Shown here piece by piece: positions 8,409 to 16,588 of a DNA stretch of 21,893 bases. Each line of letters opens with the position of its first letter. Within the stretch, counting starts at the first letter, position 1. This stretch comes from an uncultured virus (IMG/VR IMGVR_UViG_2061766007_001580) (lineage: Duplodnaviria > Heunggongvirae > Uroviricota > Caudoviricetes): the IMG/VR virus record IMGVR_UViG_2061766007_001580; one strand, given 5' to 3'. A program made the translations under genes and the position numbers. A model generated the notes under the pieces. It did no database searches and was not told the DNA's origin. It was given only the letters and a program-made list of their open reading frames with translations.

Positions 8409-9290
8409 ATGTTTGATTTACCAAAACCGAAAGAAAAACAGTCAACCGATCATTTAGGTAATGTATATCCCTCTTTTAAAAAGATGTGCGAACATTACCA
8501 TTTACGACCACAGGTTGTTTATGCAAGATTATCACTTGGTTATTCACTGGAAAAGGCGTTGACTACAGACAATACTGTTACATACAAAGGGGTTACTTAT
8601 TCCTCTTTCTCTGAATTGTTTAGACGTTTTAATATAAACCCACACATAGCTAGAAATCGGTTAAATCTTGGATGGAAGTTAGAAAAAACGTTGACCACGC
8701 CTGTCAATTATCGTTCGCCTTACGTTTTTTATAAAGGCACAAGATATAAAAATAAGCAGGTGTTATGTGACACTTTTGGGATTCACAGAACTTCTTTTGA
8801 TAAATATCTCGCTAAAGGTATGACCATAGATCAGGCTGTTGATAAATTGCTTGAGAGACATCAGATTTTTGTTGGTGATCGGGTTTTTTATAATGTAGAT
8901 GAAATTGCAAGAGCCTTTAATGTAAGTGCAAGAACTGTTACTCGAACTATTAAAGCGACACAAGACAAAAATGCTAGGCTTTTACTTCTACAACAAACAC
9001 AAAATAGAAATTTTCATAACAATAGTTGTTGGATTTGTAACGGCAAAGAGATAACACGAGTTGAGGAAATAATGAAAATAACAGGCATGTCAATGACTTG
9101 GTGCAGTAGAATGTTATCTGAATACAGAGATGGAAAAACACCGATTATCATTCCAACAACCGATCATTTAGGAAACAGTTTTGCCAACTTTAAAGAAATG
9201 TGTTTGTTTCACAAAGTGAAAGCATCTTTGGCTCTGAAAACAATATTAAAAACAGGAGATGTTAAAACAGCTTTGAGCCAAAGTAAATAA
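8409..9290 (+). CDS. Tandem-repeat putative DNA-binding protein (about six NUMOD1/IENR1-like beta-hairpin-HTH modules)
   Basis: Modules TDHLGNVYPSFKKMCEHY..RLSLGYSLEKALTT, YKGVTYSSFSELFRRF..RLNLGWKLEKTLTT, YKGTRYKNKQVLCDTF.., VGDRVFYNVDEIARAF.., CNGKEITRVEEIMKIT.., TDHLGNSFANFKEMCLFH... Confidence 0.7.
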   Translation: MFDLPKPKEKQSTDHLGNVYPSFKKMCEHYHLRPQVVYARLSLGYSLEKALTTDNTVTYKGVTYSSFSELFRRFNINPHIARNRLNLGWKLEKTLTTPVNYRSPYVFYKGTRYKNKQVLCDTFGIHRTSFDKYLAKGMTIDQAVDKLLERHQIFVGDRVFYNVDEIARAFNVSARTVTRTIKATQDKNARLLLLQQTQNRNFHNNSCWICNGKEITRVEEIMKITGMSMTWCSRMLSEYRDGKTPIIIPTTDHLGNSFANFKEMCLFHKVKASLALKTILKTGDVKTALSQSK

Positions 9291-9334
9291 TAAAAAGCCC
9301 ACCACTAGATAACTATGTGATGGGCTTTATTTTT
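9291..9334. terminator. Bidirectional intrinsic terminator between convergent genes
   Basis: Minus strand AAAGCCCATCAC-ATAGTTATCTA-GTGGTGGGCTTT then TTATT. A T-run also follows on the plus strand. Confidence 0.8.
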
Positions 9335-9361
9335 GTCTTTGTTTGACTGATCTACAGACGT

Positions 9362-9378
9362 ATTATATCACACTTTTT
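9362..9378 (-). promoter_or_regulatory. Extended -10 promoter AAAAAGTGTGATATAAT overlapping the nrdD stop
   Basis: TGn-TATAAT consensus; same motif as 3877-3893. Confidence 0.55.
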
Positions 9379-10442
9379 AACAGTGTTTAACTCTCTTGCT
9401 AAACTCGTCAAGTTTTCCCACGTTTACAGGTCGGCTGTTGATTTCACCTAAATAACCGCAGATTCTACGNNNNNNNNNNACTAAACTCGTCTAACTTCCC
9501 TACGTTTACAGGTCGGCTGTTGATTTCACCTAAATAACCGCAGATTCTACGGATTGCGTGTAATTTAGCAGGATCACTTGTTCCACAATTAGGACAGGTA
9601 AACTTTCCGTCCTTAAACACGCTTTCACCGTGGAAACCACATGAGCAACTATCTATCGGTGAGTTTATCGCAAAGTATGGAACTTTGTCATAAGCGTAAT
9701 CCCACAGCTTTTCTAATGCCTGCAAGTTGTGTTCAAGATTTGGTGTTTCCACATAACTGATAAAACCACCACTCGCCCACTGAGGATAAGGAGACTCGAA
9801 ATCAATCTTACTGAATGGGTCTGTCTTAACTCTTACATCAAGATGGAACGAATTAGTGTAATATTCCTTGTCGGTAACATTCTTGACAACACCAAACTCT
9901 GCCTTGTCTTTCTTTTCAAAAGTGTGAGACAAACTTTCACTAGGGGTAGAATACAGGCTATAACCTAATCCCTCGTCAGCTTTCCATTCTTTGCACTTGT
10001 CTGACATGAACTTAACTATACGTTCAGCAAATTCTTTCATCTCTGCATTGTCAATTAAGTTTTCATCACTCTTGAATACTTCATGCACAGCTTCGTTGAC
10101 ACCTACATATCCGAGTGATACGCTGGCTCTGCCGTCAGCGATATAAGGATAAATGTAATCGTCAGGCTTTAAACGTAATAACGCACCGTATTGCCAGCAG
10201 ATAGGTGCTTGCTTTGCCTGCACAGTCTTTAATCGCTTTAATCTAGTCTGTAACCCTTTGTGAGCAAGTTCGCACATCTTATCAAGTTCGTACATGTACT
10301 TGTTCTTTCTGTTTTCAAGATCTGTTTCAGTCAGACGTAAAGCAATTCTCGGCAGGTTTACACTCACGACTCCTGTGTTAAATCTTCCGTCATAAACTCT
10401 CTCGCCTTTTTCGTTTTCCCATTCACCTAAGAAACTTCTACA
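9377..10442 (-). CDS. nrdD: Anaerobic ribonucleoside-triphosphate reductase, exon 2 (3' end duplicated across the gap at 9470-9479)
   Basis: Starts CRSFLGEW. Contains GRFNTGVVSVNLPR, SLYSTPSESL, YYTNSFH, the Zn site CSCG..CPNCG and the glycyl-radical loop RRICGYL. The true end ...DEFSKRVKHC* (TAA 9377-9379) is in the allelic fragment. Confidence 0.95.
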
Positions 10443-10688
10443 CATTTTGTTCAACATAAGTCGCAACCTTATATCCGTTCTTTACGAACTGCTGTATATC
10501 GCTATACAGTTCAGACTATATCTTCACTATTTCTAGTGCCTACCATTTCGAGTGCCATTTGCTTGCACCCTACATCGCTACATTCATCACGATTAGTCGT
10601 TACACACTACCTTTCGGCTTGGTACGGTATTGTCTCAATGAGAGTTCCACCGTTTAGATAGGTTTTACATGAGCAGTTTTTAAAGTTT
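10443..10688 (-). ncRNA. Group I self-splicing intron (IA-type, with P7.1/P7.2), 246 nt, no homing endonuclease ORF
   Basis: Exon 1 ends GGU and the intron ends in G. P1 AUGGGU/GCUCAU with U.G at the splice site; P3 CCUAUC/GGUAGG; P4 ACGGUG/UACCGU; P7 GACUA/UAGUC; J8/7 AAGAUA; P8 CACUA-GAAA-UAGUG; three P9 hairpins. Removal restores PMG|CRSF. Confidence 0.96.
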
Positions 10689-11831
10689 ACCCATAGGGTT
10701 TTTAAACCCACCTGTTACCTCAACAACTTTATCATACGATAAAATATCAGGGTACATTCGCCTTGCACTACATTCGAGTGCTAATTGCTTAATATCGTAG
10801 TTAGGATCTTGTGGTTCTAAATTTAACCCACGCTTTAACGCAAATACCAACTTAGGGAAAATCGCTGTTTTACGTTCAACACCTAAACCCTTTATTCTTG
10901 TTTTTAAAATCCATTTTTGCACCATTCTAGCCCATTTGCTAGTACCTAAGCCAAAACCAAACGTACAGAATGGCGACTGACTGTGGCTATTACATGAGGT
11001 GTTGATCTGATATTCACATTGTTGGAACGCATCCTCACATTCCTTTTCAGTGCGTTTCATAGCGATACGCTCAATATCCTCAGCAGTTGCGTCATTGTAA
11101 TCTTCGGTAACTTCTTTACAGTATTTCTCATAAGTCTTTTCAACGTATGGTGCTAAAACCTCGTCAATTCTGTTAATTGTAGTACCGCCATAATTTTGAG
11201 AACTCACCGCTGTAATGACCTGCGACAATACATTTGTTGCTACTCTGATTGACTTAGGTGTGGTAATGTGAGCAGTACCCATTACAAAGCCGTTTTCAAA
11301 CATATCTTTGATATTCACAAGACAGCAGTTAATGTAACCACCAGCAGGAGAGAAACCTAGATCGTGCATGTAGATTTCGCCTTTGATATGAGCATTGGCA
11401 ATTTCTTTTGGTAGGTATTGTGTCAAAGCCCATTGTTTACTAATTTCACTAGCTATAAAATCTCTTTGAGAACAATTAGTGTTTCCGTCAATATTAGCAT
11501 TTTCATTAGCAATATTTGAATCGTGAATTTGATAAATATCGTTAATAATGTTATTTATTGAACGTGCGTTGGCTCTGTGTTCACGGTAATGAGCGTAATT
11601 GCGGAGAGTATTAACACAACCGCACTTACCGAGAGATTGTTCAACCATGTCTTGTATTTCCTCAACGGAATACACAGCAACATCTTCGTTCTTAAATGTA
11701 TTGCAAAGGCGTATAACCTGTTCGATAGCCATTTCAACAGGTTCGTCATTTACTTGTGCTTTCTTAATAGCACTCTTGATTTTCTCAGCGTCAAAGTCAA
11801 CCTTTGAGCCGTCTCTTTTAATCACTTTCAT
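10689..11831 (-). CDS. nrdD: Anaerobic ribonucleoside-triphosphate reductase, exon 1 (N-terminal ATP cone)
   Basis: MKVIKRDGSKVDFDAEKIKSAI ATP cone, NENAN, IYMHDL, INCCLV, YGGTT, TAIFPKL, RMYPD; ends KNPMG. Spliced product is about 708 aa. Confidence 0.95.
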
Positions 11832-11845
11832 AATATCACCTTTAG

Positions 11846-11872
11846 AAAAATAAAGGTTGCAAACGCAACCTT
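11846..11872 (-). terminator. Terminator-like hairpin in the nrdD leader
   Basis: AAGGTTGC-GTTT-GCAACCTT followed by TATTTTT, ending just before the RBS AAGGTG (11842-11837). Confidence 0.6.
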
Positions 11873-11895
11873 AAAAATCGTGTTGGTAATTATCT

Positions 11896-11923
11896 ATCTT
11901 ACCACACTTTTACTCTTTGTCAA
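11896..11923 (-). promoter_or_regulatory. Putative nrdD promoter
   Basis: TTGACA(11923-11918)-16-TAAGAT(11901-11896), with AAAAGTGTG-G directly before the -10. Confidence 0.65.
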
Positions 11924-12182
11924 CAACAAACACCGTCAAGACCATTTCAACGTTGATACTGTTCACATCTTCATCGCAACACCTATCAAGTGTTTGAGGA
12001 ACAATATTCAGCATGTTGCACCATGTTCTAACTGTTTTGTTTTTTAAATCATCAGGAATGTCTGATACCATGCCAGTGAACACATTGTCGTCATACAAAT
12101 AGATTGCCACAATTCTTCGTTTTAACATGTTTTTGTCAAATTCTTTAAACAGCTTTTTTACTTTCATTATCATTTTTTCCAA
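11910..12182 (-). CDS. Hypothetical protein (allele A)
   Basis: 90 aa; near-identical to 12671-12943. Confidence 0.7.
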   Translation of the reverse strand: MEKMIMKVKKLFKEFDKNMLKRRIVAIYLYDDNVFTGMVSDIPDDLKNKTVRTWCNMLNIVPQTLDRCCDEDVNSINVEMVLTVFVVDKE

Positions 12183-12670
12183 AATTGTGCTAAATCATCT
12201 TTAGTATATTCNNNNNNNNNNNNNNNNNNNNNNNNNNNNNNNNNNNNNNNNNNNNNNNNNNNNNNNNNNNNNNNNNNNNNNNNNNNNNNNNNNNNNNNNN
12301 NNNNNNNNNNNGGTCGGCATTTCTTCGATTGTTATTACACCTTTTTTATTCCATACAACCTCTTTAGGATCGTATTTTATTTCATATTTAGCTTGAAACT
12401 CCTTTGCTTTCTTTAAAGTGTCAAAAACACAAATAAGTTCTTGTTTCCATTGTGTNNNNNNNNNNNNNNNNNNNNNNNNNNNNNNNNNNNNNNNNNNNNN
12501 NNNNNNNNNNNNNNNNNNNNNNNNNNNNNNNNNNNNNNNNNNNNNNNNNNNNNNNNNNNNNNCACATAACATAGTGTAGTATAATTCCTTGTTAGGTAAA
12601 TCACACTGTCTGATCATTAACATGTTTACTCCTTATAAACGTTTATAAATCTATCGCNNNNNNNNNNGTT

Positions 12671-12943
12671 TTACTCTTTGTCAACAACAAACACCGTTAA
12701 GACCATTTCAACATTGACGCTATTCACATCTTCATCACAACACTTGTTCTGTATAAGAGGGTTGACCTCTAACATGTTGCACCATGTTCTAACTGTTTTG
12801 TTTTTTAAATCATCAGGAATGTCGAACACCATGCCAGTGAACACATTGTCGTCATACAAATAAATTGCCACAATTCTTCGTTTTAACATGTTTTTATCAA
12901 AATCTTTAAATAGCTTTTTCAGTTTCATTATCATTTTTTCCAA
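12671..12943 (-). CDS. Hypothetical protein (allele B)
   Basis: 90 aa; the frame is conserved between both copies. Confidence 0.7.
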   Translation of the reverse strand: MEKMIMKLKKLFKDFDKNMLKRRIVAIYLYDDNVFTGMVFDIPDDLKNKTVRTWCNMLEVNPLIQNKCCDEDVNSVNVEMVLTVFVVDKE

Positions 12944-13299
12944 AATTGTGCTAAATCATCTTTAGTATATTCAAAAAATAAAGGAAGGTGCTTTTTTGGC
13001 TCTTTTTTAAAATCATCACTTTTTATATGCTTTATAGGCTCGGTTGTTTTCTTTTTCTTTTCCAGCCACCAAAACTTTGTTTCGTCATATGTAGTTGGCA
13101 TTTCTTCGATTGTTATTACACCTTTTTTATTCCATACAACCTCTTTCTCTTTAGGATCGTATTTTATTTCATATTTAGCTTTAAACTCCTTCGCTTTCTT
13201 TAAAGTGTCAAAAACACAAATAAGTTCTTGTTTCCATTGTGTTGCGTTGTAGTAATCTACTTCCCAACAATGATACACTGCATAAACTTTATTACCCAT
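12931..13299 (-). CDS. Hypothetical Lys-rich protein
   Basis: RBS GAGGAG. A partial allele at 12312-12455 lacks one KE unit. Confidence 0.7.
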   Translation of the reverse strand: MGNKVYAVYHCWEVDYYNATQWKQELICVFDTLKKAKEFKAKYEIKYDPKEKEVVWNKKGVITIEEMPTTYDETKFWWLEKKKKTTEPIKHIKSDDFKKEPKKHLPLFFEYTKDDLAQFWKK

Positions 13300-13301
13300 A
13301 A

Positions 13302-13448
13302 TTACTCCTCATAGAAAAGTGTTATATACAGATATTGTTTTGATGCATCTGCAACACGAGGGTCTAAACATATCCTGTCAAGTTCTTTGCATAACATAGC
13401 GTAATACACATGCTTGTTCGGTAAATCACACGGTCTGATCATTAACAT
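13302..13448 (-). CDS. 48-aa hypothetical protein; not in ORF track
   Basis: MLMIRPCDLPNKHVYYAMLCKELDRICLDPRVADASKQYLYITLFYEE*. RBS AAGGAG. A frame-conserving allele MLMIRQCDLPNKELYYTMLC lies at 12563-12623. Confidence 0.7.
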   Translation of the reverse strand: MLMIRPCDLPNKHVYYAMLCKELDRICLDPRVADASKQYLYITLFYEE

Positions 13449-13450
13449 GT

Positions 13451-13753
13451 TTACTCCTTATAAACGTTTATAAATCTATCGCCTACAATCGCAACGTAAA
13501 AACCTCTACGCACTAAATCTCGTAAATGCTTATCCACCTTTTCGGCTAAAACGGACTTAACGTGTTGCTGTTCAAATTCTGATTTAAGCATACCAGTAAG
13601 CAGACCAAGACTACCACCGCCCATTTCAGACAGCTTTTCAAAAGGTTTAAATTCTGCTTCGTTTATGAACAGCACTTCATTACTTGCCATTGGCACTAAA
13701 TCCATTACACATAGCGTCTGCCACATCTCTTGTCTGTCTCTAATCAGCCCCAT
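13451..13753 (-). CDS. Hypothetical protein
   Basis: 100 aa; partial allele at 13875-14093. Confidence 0.7.
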   Translation of the reverse strand: MGLIRDRQEMWQTLCVMDLVPMASNEVLFINEAEFKPFEKLSEMGGGSLGLLTGMLKSEFEQQHVKSVLAEKVDKHLRDLVRRGFYVAIVGDRFINVYKE

Positions 13754-14118
13754 CTTCCTGTTTCCACCTTATCTCATAAACCTGTTGTGATGGATAACTA
13801 CACAACTCATAAGTGTTAACAATTTCGTATTCGTTATTTTGGCAAACATCTATAAAGAACATATNNNNNNNNNNGACTTTTTCAGCCAAAACAGACTTAA
13901 CGTGTTGCTGTTCAAATTCTGATTTAAGCATACCAGTAAGCAGACCAAGACTACCACCTTGCATTTCTGATAGTTTTTCAAAAGGTTCAAACTCTGCTTC
14001 GTTTATGAACAATACTTCATCACTTGCCATTGGCACTATGTCCATTACACATAGTGTCTGCCACATCTCTTGTCTGTCTCTAATCAGCGTCATATTATTT
14101 CCAGCTTATCTCATAAAC

Positions 14119-14583
14119 CTAAAATCCAAACCAACTTTTTGAATTTCTTTTACACGCATCATTTTCACCCGTGTGATAAGAATCCATCATAAGATCCTGC
14201 ATAAGCTCGTGTGGGATGCGTACGTCACCACTAAGAAAACTCTGTGGAACTATGTCTAACAATATACATGAGTGAATCCCAATAGGTTTTTTATCCTCAC
14301 CCATGTTCCACGAATCCACATGCCATTGGTCTTTCATTACGCTAAATTCAAGCATGTATGAATATTCAGGTTTGATGTTTATCGTACCGATCTCGTTTCC
14401 TGCGATACAATCTTTCCAATTACCTGAAACTACAAAATCACATGCACGAGGTACAGTTAAACGAAGTACAAATCTTTCGATTTCATTTTTACCATGCATC
14501 GGCTCGTTATCAAGCCATTTAACTAAGTGTAAATAATCTCTAACTTTCATTCTTTTTCTCCGATAAAATCTTGTCAAATTCAC
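14119..14583 (-). CDS. Hypothetical protein (cassette gene 2; start may be MKVRDY at about 14550)
   Basis: ORF whose stop codon abuts the left direct repeat. Confidence 0.6.
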   Translation of the reverse strand: MNLTRFYRRKRMKVRDYLHLVKWLDNEPMHGKNEIERFVLRLTVPRACDFVVSGNWKDCIAGNEIGTINIKPEYSYMLEFSVMKDQWHVDSWNMGEDKKPIGIHSCILLDIVPQSFLSGDVRIPHELMQDLMMDSYHTGENDACKRNSKSWFGF

Positions 14584-14851
14584 AATTAAGTTTGTTTATC
14601 AGTGTTTTATAAAGTTCAAGATCGGTTTCTTCTTCGCCATACGGATTATAAACACTATCTATCATCGTATTGAACCCCACTTGCTCTTTTCCGTTTGGTG
14701 CTGTAAAACATACAGTTACCACCTTTACAAAATGATTATGAGGTAATCCACTTGAGCAAACCTCATGCTTAAATTCAGGATATTGTTTCGCAAACATTCC
14801 TACTTTTGCCACAAATTCTTCTATTCTGCTGTCAGAATCATTCATAATCAC
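14540..14851 (-). CDS. Hypothetical protein (cassette gene 1)
   Basis: RBS GGGGGTG before an ATG at about 14845. Confidence 0.6.
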   Translation of the reverse strand: MIMNDSDSRIEEFVAKVGMFAKQYPEFKHEVCSSGLPHNHFVKVVTVCFTAPNGKEQVGFNTMIDSVYNPYGEEETDLELYKTLINKLNCEFDKILSEKKNES

Positions 14852-14866
14852 CCCCTATCATTTCCT

Positions 14867-15241
14867 CTATTTCCACCTTATCTCATAAACAGGCTGTGAC
14901 GGAAAACTACACAACTCATAAGTGTTAACAACCTCATACTCGTTATTTTGACAAACGTCTATGAAAAACATATCACTGTCACTTAGCATACCACTACGAA
15001 AACTAATCTTATGAGCTATATGGTTATCAACCATAACATAAACCCAACCATGATAACCATTATTCAGTAAGTATTCGATAAAGTCCTTAAATTTATCGAT
15101 GTGATGTTTTGTTTGTCTATCTACAAACGCCTTAAAGAATTTCTGAAACTCAATATCTTTGAGAATGGTTATTGGGTCTGCATCTGCAACGTATTTTTTA
15201 AACTCGTTAAAATGCAAGAAAAAGTCACGTTCATCAATCAT
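14867..15241 (-). CDS. Hypothetical protein (MIDERDFF..., 124 aa)
   Basis: Similarity to the allele (16324-16599 plus 13740-13864) begins at this Met. Confidence 0.7.
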   Translation of the reverse strand: MIDERDFFLHFNEFKKYVADADPITILKDIEFQKFFKAFVDRQTKHHIDKFKDFIEYLLNNGYHGWVYVMVDNHIAHKISFRSGMLSDSDMFFIDVCQNNEYEVVNTYELCSFPSQPVYEIRWK

Positions 15242-15557
15242 ATTTCCATTTCTCCCATGCAAAAGTATTTTGAACACCGCCCTCATCAGGAAAAAGTTTG
15301 GCTACGTGTTGATGTGTCAGATAACACAAACATTCTTCAAAAGCTGGTGTTATAAGTTTTCGTTAAAAACGGAAAGTCACCCCTCTGTTAGATTTCAGAC
15401 CGAAAGTAACGTATGACCATGACCATATACCTAGTTCACCGTATCTTATAGTATGACCAAAACGCACTGTTTCAACAGCGTGATTATTGTAAAATTCAAC
15501 CAAATCAGTTAGCAATTCCTTTTGCTCAGGTGTTAAATCATTTTCATTCATCTGCAT
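15234..15557 (-). pseudogene. Allele of the 16589-16909 gene with an in-frame TAA at 15363-15365
   Basis: FRF*RKLITPAFEECLCYL...LFPDEGG versus intact FRFKRTLITSAFEECFCYL...LFPDEGG. Confidence 0.7.
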
Positions 15558-15906
15558 TATCTTCTCCTACACAAGTATCATCACGGAATGACGGATTGTA
15601 AACAAGGTTGGATTTTTGGGGTTTATACCATTCCAAACTCGTAACATTCTTGCTTGATAAATCCCATCTAACACGGATAAATGGCGAATAGGCATTAGTA
15701 AACGCATTTGTGTAATATTCGTCATGTATATCCATTCGATGTTGCATCATTATCATAGCAACATCGTTGAACGTGGCGTGACTAAACCGCTTTTTCTTTG
15801 ATGATAAGTCATATAGCAACCCTCTAATCAACCATGTATAACAATCTATGGCACACTTATACCCAGCTTTCCAATCCTCGCTGGGGAACTTATTACTCTC
15901 ATTCAT
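15544..15906 (-). CDS. Hypothetical phage protein (MNESNKF...)
   Basis: Partial allele at 16896-17218 is near-identical. The track's longer start overlaps the upstream gene. Confidence 0.65.
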   Translation of the reverse strand: MNESNKFPSEDWKAGYKCAIDCYTWLIRGLLYDLSSKKKRFSHATFNDVAMIMMQHRMDIHDEYYTNAFTNAYSPFIRVRWDLSSKNVTSLEWYKPQKSNLVYNPSFRDDTCVGEDNADE

Positions 15907-16291
15907 CTTCATCTTCATCCTCAACATAACAACTTTCTTTGCCCCACAAGAACTCTGCGACCATTCTCTTGTCGTATTTCTTTGGGAAAGTTCTAGGTAA
16001 AGTGATGTATTCCCATCCCTCAGAACCATCATATTCCCAACGGTGCATCACTGTGTTGTCCTTAAACAAGATTGTCGTACTCGTATTAACCTCGCTAGAA
16101 CCGTAACCATTGTTGTACACATGGTTAGCAACAGAAGCAAAAGTGTTAAAATCAACAAGAATTTCATCAGGATAACTATCGTTAAGATCGTGCCAAAACC
16201 CAGTGTGTTTAGTCATTTTGACATACAGTACATCGTCAGGTGTTTTGCCGATTTCTTTCATAAAATCAAGTGTTTCAGTTAATAAATTCAT
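15899..16291 (-). CDS. Conserved hypothetical phage protein (MNLLxETL...YNNGYG...EYDGSEGW)
   Basis: RBS GAGGTG. The motif pattern is recalled from uncharacterised phage proteins. The 5' end is duplicated at 18193-18277. Confidence 0.7.
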   Translation of the reverse strand: MNLLTETLDFMKEIGKTPDDVLYVKMTKHTGFWHDLNDSYPDEILVDFNTFASVANHVYNNGYGSSEVNTSTTILFKDNTVMHRWEYDGSEGWEYITLPRTFPKKYDKRMVAEFLWGKESCYVEDEDEDE

Positions 16292-16588
16292 ATTTCACCT
16301 CGATATTGTTACANNNNNNNNNNGAATAGATCGCTGTCACTCAACATTCCGCTTCTAAAACTGATCTGATGGGCTATGTGGTTATCAACCATCACATAAA
16401 CCCAACCACGATAACCGTTGTTCAGTAAATATTCGATAAAGTCCTTAAATTTGTCGATATGACGCTTTTCCTGCCTATCAACAAAGGCTTTAAAGAATTT
16501 CTGAAACTCAATATCTTTGAGAATTGTTATCGGTTCTGCATTATTTACGTATTTCTTAAACTCATTAAAATGTAAGAAAAAATCCTGT

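Larger units (their letters stand above)
14096..14890. mobile_element. Two-gene accessory cassette bounded by 23-bp direct repeats
   Basis: TATTTCCA(G/C)CTTATCTCATAAAC at 14096-14118 and 14868-14890 (22/23 identical). Single-copy empty site at 13761-13783. Confidence 0.7.

Noticed and set aside
10443..10466. Split nrdD with an independent start MRLMLNKM or an intein at the Cys
   Set aside because: The insert has an in-frame stop, a full group I core and canonical U/G splice boundaries; the ATG before Cys simply supplies the terminal G.
11880..11925. NrdR boxes upstream of nrdD
   Set aside because: No convincing tandem match to the acaCwAtATaTwGtg consensus.
15363..15365. Stop-codon reassignment
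   Set aside because: Isolated TAA; TAA, TAG and TGA all terminate genes here and conserved genes translate intact with code 11.
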